A DNA stretch of 64,000 nt, from NCBI GenBank assembly GCA_964057225.1, contig CAXKVF010000078.1, positions 496,001-560,000 on the forward strand, written 5' to 3'. The stretch comes from Auanema rhodensis. Its lineage: Eukaryota; Animalia; Nematoda. A model generated the notes under the pieces. The model worked only from the letters and a program-made list of their open reading frames with translations, was not told the DNA's origin and made no database searches. The position numbers were made by a program, and so were the translations under genes. Within the stretch, counting starts at the first letter, position 1, and every line of letters begins with the position of its first letter. Positions 12,143 to 25,338 of this stretch are shown piece after piece.

Positions 12143-15100
12143 GGTTACCATGCACCAATATCAATAAAAATTTGTTTTTAGACTAATATGGACATGGGGA
12201 ATCTAATTTTGAAAACCGCATCTCCTTATCTTCCACGTGAAGCGAGTTACATACCAAGTGCACATCACGTGTACATTTAATTAGCATAAATTAAAGTTCA
12301 CGTAAATTTCAAAGTCATGGTTACCATGCACCAATATCAATAAAAATTTGTTTTTAGACTAATATGGACATGGGGAATCTAATTTTGAAAACCGCATCTC
12401 TTCATCTTTCACGTGAAGCGAGTTACATACCAAGTGCACATCACGTGTACATTTAATTAGCATAAATTAAAGTTCACGTAAATTTCAAAGTCATGGTTAC
12501 CATGCACCAATATCAATAAAAATTTGTTTTTAGACTAATATGGACATGGGGAATCTAATTTTGAAAACCGCATCTCTTTATCTTTCACGTGAAGCGAGTT
12601 ACATACCAAGTGCACATCACGTGTACATTTAATTAGCATAAATTAAAGTTCACGTAAATTTCAAAGTCATGGTTACCATGCACCAATGTCAATAAAAATT
12701 TGTTTTTAGACTAATATGGACATGGGGAATCTAATTTTGAAAACCGCATCTCTTCATCTTTCACGTGAAGCGAGTTACATACCAAGTGCACATCACGTGT
12801 ACATTTAATCAGCATAAATTAAAGTTCACGTAAATTTCAAAGTCATGGTTACCATGCACCAATATCAATAAAAATTTGTTTTTAGACTAATATGGACATG
12901 GGGAATCTAATTTTGAAAACCGCATCTCTTCATCTTTCACGTGAAGCGAGTTACATACCAAGTGCACATCACGTGTACATTTAATTTGCATAAATTAAAG
13001 TTCACGTAAATTTCAAAGTCATGGTTACCATGCACCAATATCAATAAAAATTTGTTTTTAGACTAATATGGACATGGGGAATCTAATTTTGAAAACCGCA
13101 TCTCCTTATCTTTCACGTGAAGCGAGTTACATACCAAGTGCACATCACGTGTACATTTAATTAGCATAAATTAAAGTTCACGTAAATTTCAAAGTCATGG
13201 TTACCATGCACCAATATCAATAAAAATTTGTTTTTAGACTAATATGGACATGGGGAATCTAATTTTGAAAACCGCATCTCCTTATCTTTCACGTGAAGCG
13301 AGTTACATACCAAGTGCACATCACGTGTACATTTAATTAGCATAAATTAAAGTTCACGTAAATTTCAAAGTCATGGTTACCATGCACCAATATCAATAAA
13401 AATTTGTTTTTAGACTAATATGGACATGGGGAATCTAATTTTGAAAACCGCATCTCTTCATCTTTCACGTGAAGCGAGTTACATACCAAGTGCACATCAC
13501 GTGTACATTTAATTAGCATAAATTAAAGTTCACGTAAATTTCAAAGTCATGGTTACCATGCACCAATATCAATAAAAATTTGTTTTTAGCCTAATATGGA
13601 CATGGGGAATCTAATTTTGAAAACCGCATCTCTTTATCTTTCACGTGAAGCGAGTTACATACCAAGTGCACATCACGTGTACATTTAATTAGCATAAATT
13701 AAAGTTCACGTAAATTTCAAAGTCATGGTTACCATGCACCAATGTCAATAAAAATTTGTTTTTAGACTAATATGGACATGGGGAATCTAATTTTGAAAAC
13801 CGCATCTCTTCATCTTTCACGTGAAGCGAGTTACATACCAAGTGCACATCACGTGTACATTTAATTAGCATAAATTAAAGTTCACGTAAATTTCAAAGTC
13901 ATGGTTACCATGCACCAATATCAATAAAAATTTGTTTTTAGACTAATATGGACATGGGGAATCTAATTTTGAAAACCGCATCTCTTCATCTTTCACGTGA
14001 AGCGAGTTACATTCCAAGTGCACATCACGTGTACATTTAATTAGCATAAATTAAAGTTCACGTAAAATTCAAAGTCATGGTTACCATGCACCAATATCAA
14101 TAAAAATTTGTTTTTAGACTAATATGGACAAGGGGAATCTAATTTTGAAAACCGCATCTCTTTATCTTTCACGTGAAGCGAGTTACATACCAAGTGCACA
14201 TCACGTGTACATTTAATTAGCATAAATTAAAGTTCACGTAAATTTCAAAGTCATGGTTACCATGCACCAATATCAATAAAAATTTGTTTTTAGACTAATA
14301 TGGACATGGGGAATCTAATTTTGAAAACCGCATCTCTTTATCTTTCACGTGAAGCGAGTTACATACCAAGTGCACATCACGTGTACATTTAATTAGCATA
14401 AATTAAAGTTCACGTAAATTTCAAAGTCATGGTTACCATGCACCAATATCAATAAAAATTTGTTTTTAGACTAATATGGACATGGGGAATCTAATTTTGA
14501 AAACCGCATCTCTTTATCTTTCACGTGAAGCGAGTTACATACCAAGTGCACATCACGTGTACATTTAATTAGCATAAATTAAAGTTCACGTAAATTTCAA
14601 AGTCATGGTTACCATGCACCAATATCAATAAAAATTTGTTTTTAGACTAATATGGACATGGGGAATCTAATTTTGAAAACCGCATCTCTTTATCTTTCAC
14701 GTGAAGCGAGTTACATACCAAGTGCACATCACGTGTACATTTAATTAGCATAAATTAAAGTTCACGTAAATTTCAAAGTCATGGTTACCATGAACCAATA
14801 TCAATAAAAATTTGTTTTTAGACTAATATGGACATGGGGAATCTAATTTTGAAAACCGCATCTCTTTATCTTTCACGTGAAGCGAGTTACATACCAAGTG
14901 CACATCACGTGTACATTTAATTAGCATAAATTAAAGTTCACGTAAATTTCAAAGTCATGGTTACCATGCACCAATATCAATAAAAATTTGTTTTTAGACT
15001 AATATGGACATGGGGAATCTAATTTTGAAAACCGCATCTCTTTATCTTTCACGTGAAGCAAGTTACATACCAAGTGCACATCACGTGTACATTTAATTAG

Positions 15101-18100
15101 CATAAATTAAAGTTCACGTAAATTTCAAAGTCATGGTTACCATGAAGCAATATCAATAAAAATTTGTTTTTAGACTAATATGGACATGGGGAATCTAATT
15201 TTGAAAACCGCATCTCTTTATCTTCCACGTGAAGCGAGTTACATACCAAGTGCACATCACGTGTACATTTAATTAGCATAAATTAAAGTTCACGTAAATT
15301 TCAAAGTCATGGTTACCATGAACCAATATCAATAAAAATTTGTTTTTAGACTAATATGGACATGGGGAATCTAATTTTGAAAACCGCATCTCTTTATCTT
15401 TCACGTGAAGCGAGTTACATACCAAGTGCACATCACGTGTACATTTAATTAGCATAAATTAAAGTTCACGTAAAATTCAAAGTCATGGTTACCAAGCACC
15501 AATATCAATAAAAATTTGTTTTTAGACTAATATGGACATGGGGAATCTAATTTTGAAAACCGCATCTCTTTATCTTTCACGTGAAGCGAGTTACATACCA
15601 AGTGCACATCACGTGTACATTTAATTAGCATAAATTAAAGTTCACGTAAATTTCAAAGTCATGGTTACCATGAACCAATATCAATAAAAATTTGTTTTTA
15701 GACTAATATGGACATGGGAAATCTAATTTTGAAAACCGCATCTCTTTATCTTTCACGTGAAGCGAGTTACATACCAAGTGCACATCACGTGTACATTTAA
15801 TTAGCATAAATTAAAGTTCACGTAAAATTCAAAGTCATGGTTACCATGCACCAATATCAATAAAAATTTGTTTTTAGACTAATATGGACAAGGGGAATCT
15901 AATTTTGAAAACCGCATCTCTTTATCTTTCATGTGAAGCGAGTTACATACCAAGTGCACATCACGTGTACATTTAATTAGCATAAATTAAAGTTCACGTA
16001 AATTTCAAAGTCATGGTTACCATGCACCAATATCAATAAAAATTTGTTTTCAGACTAATATGGACATGGGGAATCTAATTTTGAAAACCGCATCTCTTTA
16101 TCTTTCACGTGAAGCGAGTTACATACCAAGTGCACATCACGTGTACATTTAATTAGCATAAATTAAAGTTCACGTAAATTTCAAAGTCATGGTTACCATG
16201 CACCAATATCAATAAAAATTTGTTTTTAGACTAATATGGACATGGGGAATCTAATTTTGAAAACCGCATCTCTTTATCTTTCACGTGAAGCGAGTTACAT
16301 ACCAAGTGCACATCACGTGTACATTTAATTAGCATAAATTAAAGTTCACGTAAATTTCAAAGTCATGGTTACCATGCACCAATATCAATAAAAATTTGTT
16401 TTTAGACTAATATGGACATGGGGAATCTAATTTTGAAAACCGCATCTCTTTATCTTTCACGTGAAGCGAGTTACATACCAAGTGCACATCACGTGTACAT
16501 TTAATTAGCATAAACTAAAGTTCACGTAAATTTCAAAGTCATGGTTACCATGAACCAATATCAATAAAAATTTGTTTTTAGACTAATATGGACATGGGGA
16601 ATCTAATTTCGAAAACCGCATCTCTTTATCTTTCAAGTGAAGCGAGTTACATACCAAGTGCACATCACGTGTACATTTAATTAGCATAAATTAAAGTTCA
16701 CGTAAATTTCAAAGTCATGGTTACCATGAAGCAATATCAATAAAAATTTGTTTTTAGACTAATATGGACATGGGGAATCTAATTTTGAAAACCGCATCTC
16801 TTTATCTTCCACGTGAAGCGAGTTACATACCAAGTGCACATCACGTGTACATTTAATTAGCATAAATTAAAGTTCACGTAAATTTCAAAGTCATGGTTAC
16901 CATGCACCAATATCAATAAAAATTTGTTTTTAGACTAATATGGACATGGGGAATCTAATTTTGAAAACCGCATCTCTTTATCTTTCACGTGAAGCGAGTT
17001 ACATACCAAGTGCACATCACGTGTACATTTAATTAGCATAAATTAAAGTTCACGTAAATTTCAAAGTCATGGTTACCATGCACCAATATCAATAAAAATT
17101 TGTTTTTAGACTAATATGGACATGGGGAATCTAATTTTGAAAACCGCATCTCTTTATCTTTCACGTGAAGCGAGTTACATACCAAGTGCACATCACGTGT
17201 ACATTTAATTAGCATAAATTAAAGTTCACGTAAATTTCAAAGTCATGGTTACCATGCACCAATATCAATAAAAATTTGTTTTTAGACTAATATGGACATG
17301 GGGAATCTAATTTTGAAAACCGCATCTCTTTATCTTTCACGTGAAGCGAGTTACATACCAAGTGCACATCACGTGTACATTTAATTAGCATAAATTAAAG
17401 TTCACGTAAATTTCAAAGTCATGGTTACCATGAACCAATATCAATAAAAATTTGTTTTTAGACTAATATGGACATGGGAAATCTAATTTTGAAAACCGCA
17501 TCTCTTTATCTTTCACGTGAAGCGAGTTACATACCAAGTGCACATCACGTGTACATTCAATTAGCATAAATTAAAGTTCACGTAAAATTCAAAGTCATGG
17601 TTACCATGCACCAATATCAATAAAAATTTGTTTTTAGACTAATATGGACAAGGGGAATCTAATTTTGAAAACCGCATCTCTTTATCTTTCATGTGAAGCG
17701 AGTTACATACCAAGTGCACATCACGTGTACATTTAATTAGCATAAATTAAAGTTCACGTAAATTTCAAAGTCATGGTTACCATGCACCAATATCAATAAA
17801 AATTTGTTTTCAGACTAATATGGACATGGCGAATCTAATTTTGAAAACCGCATCTCTTTATCTTTCACGTGAAGCGAGTTACATACCAAGTGCACATCAC
17901 GTGTACATTTAATTAGCATAAATTAAAGTTCACGTAAATTTCAAAGTCATGGTTACCATGCACCAATATCAATAAAAATTTGTTTTTAGACTAATATGGA
18001 CATGGGGAATCTAATTTTGAAAACCGCATCTCTTTATCTTTCACGTGAAGCGAGTTACATACCAAGTGCACATCACGTGTACATTTAATTAGCATAAACT

Positions 18101-19534
18101 AAAGTTCACGTAAATTTCAAAGTCATGGTTACCATGAACCAATATCAATAAAAATTTGTTTTTAGACTAATATGGACATGGGGAATCTAATTTTGAAAAC
18201 CGCATCTCTTTATCTTTCACGTGAAGCGAGTTACATACCAAGTGCACATCACGTGTACATTTAATTAGCATAAATTAAAGTTCACGTAAATTTCAAAGTC
18301 ATGGTTACCATGAAGCAATATCAATAAAAATTTGTTTTTAGACTAATATGGACATGGGGAATCTAATTTTGAAAACCGCATCTCTTTATCTTTCACGTGA
18401 AGCGAGTTACATACCAAGTGCACATCACGTGTACATTTAATTAGCATAAATTAAAGTTCACGTAAATTTCAAAGTCATGGTTACCATGCACCAATATCAA
18501 TAAAAATTTGTTTTTAGACTAATATGGACATGGGGAATCTAATTTTGAAAACCGCATCTCTTTATCTTTCACGTGAAGCGAGTTACATACCAAGTGCACA
18601 TCACGTGTACATTTAATTAGCATAAATTAAAGTTCACGTAAATTTCAAAGTCATGGTTACCATGCACCAATATCAATAAAAATTTGTTTTTAGACTAATA
18701 TGGACATGGGGAATCTAATTTTGAAAACCGCATCTCTTTATCTTTTACGTGAAGCGAGTTACATACCAAGTGCACATCACGTGTACATTTAATTAGCATA
18801 AATTAAAGTTCACGTAAATTTCAAAGTCATGGTTACCATGCACCAATATCAATAAAAATTTGTTTTTAGACTAATATGGACATGGGGAATCTAATTTTGA
18901 AAACCGCATCTCTTTATCTTTTACGTGAAGCGAGTTACATACCAAGTGCACATCACGTGTACATTTAATTAGCATAAATTAAAGTTCACGTAAATTTCAA
19001 AGTCATGGTTACCATGAACCAATATCAATAAAAATTTGTTTTTAGACTAATATGGACATGGGGAATCTGATTTTGAAAACCGCATCTCTTTATCTTTCAC
19101 GTGAAGCGAGTTACATACCAAGTGCACATCACGTGTACATTTAATTAGCATAAATTAAAGTTCACGTAAATTTCAAAGTCATGGTTACCATGCACCAATA
19201 TCAATAAAAATTTGTTTTTAGACTAATATGGACATGGGGAATCTAATTTTGAAAACCGCATCTCTTTATCTTTCACGTGAAGCGAGTTACATACCAAGTG
19301 CACATCACGTGTACATTTAATTAGCATAAATTAAAGTTCACGTAAATTTCAAAGTCATGGTTACCATGAACCAATATCAATAAAAATTTGTTTTTAGACT
19401 AATATGGACATGGGGAATCTAATTTTGAAAACCGCATCTCTTTATCTTTCACGTGAAGCGAGTTACATACCAAGTGCACATCACGTGTACATTTAATTAG
19501 CATAAATTAAAGTTCACGTAAATTTCAAAGTCAT

Positions 19535-22500
19535 GGTTACCATGAACCAATATCAATAAAATTTGTTTTTAGACTAATATGGACATGGGGAATCTAATTT
19601 TGAAAACCGCATCTCTTTATCTTTAACGTGAAGCGAGTTACATACCAAGTGCACATCACGTGTACATTTAATTAGCATAAATTAAAGTTCACGTAAAATT
19701 CAAAGTCATGGTTACCATGCACCAATATCAATAAAAATTTGTTTTTAGACTAATATGGACATGGGGAATCTAATTTTGAAAACCGCATCTCTTTATCTTT
19801 TACGTGAAGCGAGTTACATACCAAGTGCACATCACGTGTACATTTAATTAGCATAAATTAAAGTTCACGTAAATTTCAAAGTCATGGTTACCATGCACCA
19901 ATATCAATAAAAATTTGTTTTTAGACTAATATGGACATGGGGAATCTAATTTTGAAAACCGCATCTCTTTATCTTTCACGTGAAGCGAGTTACATACCAA
20001 GTGCACATCACGTGTACATTTAATTAGCATAAATTAAAGTTCACGTAAATTTCAAAGTCATGGTTACCATGAACCAATATCAATAAAAATTTGTTTTTAG
20101 ACTAATATGGACATGGGAAATCTAATTTTGAAAACCGCATCTCTTTATCTTTCACGTGAAGCGAGTTACATACCAAGTGCACATCACGTGTACATTCAAT
20201 TAGCATAAATTAAAGTTCACGTAAAATTCAAAGTCATGGTTACCATGCACCAATATCAATAAAAATTTGTTTTTAGACTAATATGGACAAGGGGAATCTA
20301 ATTTTGAAAACCGCATCTCTTTATCTTGCATGTGAAGCGAGTTACATACCAAGTGCACATCACGTGTACATTTAATTAGCATAAATTAAAGTTCACGTAA
20401 ATTTCAAAGTCATGGTTACCATGCACCAATATCAATAAAAATTTGTTTTCAGACTAATATGGACATGGGAAATCTAATTTTGAAAACCGCATCTCTTTAT
20501 CTTTCACGTGAAGCGAGTTACATACCAAGTGCACATCACGTGTACATTTAATTAGCATAAATTAAAGTTCACGTAAAATTCAAAGTCATGGTTACCATGC
20601 ACCAATATCAATAAAAATTTGTTTTTAGACTAATATGGACATGGGGAATCTAATTTTGAAAACCGCATCTCTTTATCTTTTACGTGAAGCGAGTTACATA
20701 CCAAGTGCACATCACGTGTACATTTAATTAGCATAAATTAAAGTTCACGTAAATTTCAAAGTCATGGTTACCATGCACCAATATCAATAAAAATTTGTTT
20801 TTAGACTAATATGGACATGGGGAATCTAATTTTGAAAACCGCATCTCTTTATCTTTCACGTGAAGCGAGTTACATACCAAGTGCACATCACGTGTACATT
20901 TAATTAGCATAAATTAAAGTTCACGTAAATTTCAAAGTCATGGTTACCATGAACCAATATCAATAAAATTTGTTTTTAGACTAATATGGACATGGGGAAT
21001 CTAATTTTGAAAACCGCATCTCTTTATCTTTAACGTGAAGCGAGTTACATACCAAGTGCACATCACGTGTACATTTAATTAGCATAAATTAAAGTTCACG
21101 TAAAATTCAAAGTCATGGTTACCATGCACCAATATCAATAAAAATTTGTTTTTAGACTAATATGGACATGGGGAATCTAATTTTGAAAACCGCATCTCTT
21201 TATCTTTTACGTGAAGCGAGTTACATACCAAGTGCACATCACGTGTACATTTAATTAGCATAAATTAAAGTTCACGTAAATTTCAAAGTCATGGTTACCA
21301 TGCACCAATATCAATAAAAATTTGTTTTTAGACTAATATGGACATGGGGAATCTAATTTTGAAAACCGCATCTCTTTATCTTTCACGTGAAGCGAGTTAC
21401 ATACCAAGTGCACATCACGTGTACATTTAATTAGCATAAATTAAAGTTCACGTAAATTTCAAAGTCATGGTTACCATGAACCAATATCAATAAAAATTTG
21501 TTTTTAGACTAATATGGACATGGGAAATCTAATTTTGAAAACCGCATCTCTTTATCTTTCACGTGAAGCGAGTTACATACCAAGTGCACATCACGTGTAC
21601 ATTCAATTAGCATAAATTAAAGTTCACGTAAAATTCAAAGTCATGGTTACCATGCACCAATATCAATAAAAATTTGTTTTTAGACTAATATGGACAAGGG
21701 GAATCTAATTTTGAAAACCGCATCTCTTTATCTTGCATGTGAAGCGAGTTACATACCAAGTGCACATCACGTGTACATTTAATTAGCATAAATTAAAGTT
21801 CACGTAAATTTCAAAGTCATGGTTACCATGCACCAATATCAATAAAAATTTGTTTTCAGACTAATATGGACATGGGAAATCTAATTTTGAAAACCGCATC
21901 TCTTTATCTTTCACGTGAAGCGAGTTACATACCAAGTGCACATCACGTGTACATTTAATTAGCATAAATTAAAGTTCACGTAAAATTCAAAGTCATGGTT
22001 ACCATGCACCAATATCAATAAAAATTTGTTTTTAGACTAATATGGACATGGGGAATCTAATTTTGAAAACCGCATCTCTTTATCTTTTACGTGAAGCGAG
22101 TTACATACCAAGTGCACATCACGTGTACATTTAATTAGCATAAATTAAAGTTCACGTAAATTTCAAAGTCATGGTTACCATGCACCAATATCAATAAAAA
22201 TTTGTTTTTAGACTAATATGGACATGGGGAATCTAATTTTGAAAACCGCATCTCTTTATCTTTCACGTGAAGCGAGTTACATACCAAGTGCACATCACGT
22301 GTACATTTAATTAGCATAAATTAAAGTTCACGTAAATTTCAAAGTCATGGTTACCATGAACCAATATCAATAAAAATTTGTTTTTAGACTAATATGGACA
22401 TGGGAAATCTAATTTTGAAAACCGCATCTCTTTATCTTTCACGTGAAGCGAGTTACATACCAAGTGCACATCACGTGTACATTCAATTAGCATAAATTAA

Positions 22501-25338
22501 AGTTCACGTAAAATTCAAAGTCATGGTTACCATGCACCAATATCAATAAAAATTTGTTTTTAGACTAATATGGACAAGGGGAATCTAATTTTGAAAACCG
22601 CATCTCTTTATCTTTCACGTGAAGCGAGTTACATACCAAGTGCACATCACGTGTACATTTAATTAGCATAAATTAAAGTTCACGTAAATTTCAAAGTCAT
22701 GGTTACCATGAACCAATATCAATAAAATTTGTTTTTAGACTAATATGGACATGGGGAATCTAATTTTGAAAACCGCATCTCTTTATCTTTAACGTGAAGC
22801 GAGTTACATACCAAGTGCACATCACGTGTACATTCAATTAGCATAAATTAAAGTTCACGTAAAATTCAAAGTCATGGTTACCATGCACCAATATCAATAA
22901 AAATTTGTTTTTAGACTAATATGGACAAGGGGAATCTAATTTTGAAAACCGCATCTCTTTATCTTGCATGTGAAGCGAGTTACATACCAAGTGCACATCA
23001 CGTGTACATTTAATTAGCATAAATTAAAGTTCACGTAAATTTCAAAGTCATGGTTACCATGCACCAATATCAATAAAAATTTGTTTTCAGACTAATATGG
23101 ACATGGGAAATCTAATTTTGAAAACCGCATCTCTTTATCTTTCACGTGAAGCGAGTTACATACCAAGTGCACATCACGTGTACATTTAATTAGCATAAAT
23201 TAAAGTTCACGTAAAATTCAAAGTCATGGTTACCATGCACCAATATCAATAAAAATTTGTTTTTAGACTAATATGGACATGGGGAATCTAATTTTGAAAA
23301 CCGCATCTCTTTATCTTTTACGTGAAGCGAGTTACATACCAAGTGCACATCACGTGTACATTTAATTAGCATAAATTAAAGTTCACGTAAATTTCAAAGT
23401 CATGGTTACCATGCACCAATATCAATAAAAATTTGTTTTTAGACTAATATGGACATGGGGAATCTAATTTTGAAAACCGCATCTCTTTATCTTTCACGTG
23501 AAGCGAGTTACATACCAAGTGCACATCACGTGTACATTTAATTAGCATAAATTAAAGTTCACGTAAATTTCAAAGTCATGGTTACCATGAACCAATATCA
23601 ATAAAATTTGTTTTTAGACTAATATGGACATGGGGAATCTAATTTTGAAAACCGCATCTCTTTATCTTTAACGTGAAGCGAGTTACATACCAAGTGCACA
23701 TCACGTGTACATTTAATTAGCATAAATTAAAGTTCACGTAAAATTCAAAGTCATGGTTACCATGCACCAATATCAATAAAAATTTGTTTTTAGACTAATA
23801 TGGACATGGGGAATCTAATTTTGAAAACCGCATCTCTTTATCTTTTACGTGAAGCGAGTTACATACCAAGTGCACATCACGTGTACATTTAATTAGCATA
23901 AATTAAAGTTCACGTAAATTTCAAAGTCATGGTTACCATGCACCAATATCAATAAAAATTTGTTTTTAGACTAATATGGACATGGGGAATCTAATTTTGA
24001 AAACCGCATCTCTTTATCTTTCACGTGAAGCGAGTTACATACCAAGTGCACATCACGTGTACATTTAATTAGCATAAATTAAAGTTCACGTAAATTTCAA
24101 AGTCATGGTTACCATGAACCAATATCAATAAAAATTTGTTTTTAGACTAATATGGACATGGGAAATCTAATTTTGAAAACCGCATCTCTTTATCTTTCAC
24201 GTGAAGCGAGTTACATACCAAGTGCACATCACGTGTACATTCAATTAGCATAAATTAAAGTTCACGTAAAATTCAAAGTCATGGTTACCATGCACCAATA
24301 TCAATAAAAATTTGTTTTTAGACTAATATGGACAAGGGGAATCTAATTTTGAAAACCGCATCTCTTTATCTTGCATGTGAAGCGAGTTACATACCAAGTG
24401 CACATCACGTGTACATTTAATTAGCATAAATTAAAGTTCACGTAAATTTCAAAGTCATGGTTACCATGCACCAATATCAATAAAAATTTGTTTTCAGACT
24501 AATATGGACATGGGAAATCTAATTTTGAAAACCGCATCTCTTTATCTTTCACGTGAAGCGAGTTACATACCAAGTGCACATCACGTGTACATTTAATTAG
24601 CATAAATTAAAGTTCACGTAAAATTCAAAGTCATGGTTACCATGCACCAATATCAATAAAAATTTGTTTTTAGACTAATATGGACATGGGGAATCTAATT
24701 GTGAAAACCGCATCTCTTTATCTTTTACGTGAAGCGAGTTACATACCAAGTGCACATCACGTGTACATTTAATTAGCATAAATTAAAGTTCACGTAAATT
24801 TCAAAGTCATGGTTACCATGCACCAATATCAATAAAAATTTGTTTTTAGACTAATATGGACATGGGGAATCTAATTTTGAAAACCGCATCTCTTTATCTT
24901 TCACGTGAAGCGAGTTACATACCAAGTGCACATCACGTGTACATTTAATTAGCATAAATTAAAGTTCACGTAAATTTCAAAGTCATGGTTACCATGAACC
25001 AATATCAATAAAAATTTGTTTTTAGACTAATATGGACATGGGAAATCTAATTTTGAAAACCGCATCTCTTTATCTTTCACGTGAAGCGAGTTACATACCA
25101 AGTGCACATCACGTGTACATTCAATTAGCATAAATTAAAGTTCACGTAAAATTCAAAGTCATGGTTACCATGCACCAATATCAATAAAAATTTGTTTTTA
25201 GACTAATATGGACAAGGGGAATCTAATTTTGAAAACCGCATCTCTTTATCTTTCACGTGAAGCGAGTTACATACCAAGTGCACATCACGTGTACATTTAA
25301 TTAGCATAAATTAAAGTTCACGTAAATTTCAAAGTCAT
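19535..25338 (+). repeat. 8-monomer higher-order repeat (1407 bp) nested inside a 15-monomer (2638-bp) duplication
   Basis: The 8-mer begins with a 175-bp monomer (one A lost from the A5 run, C92A, T165A) at 19535, 20942 and 23580. 20238-22700 matches 22876-25338 marker for marker apart from one private SNP in monomer 24635. Confidence 0.9.
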
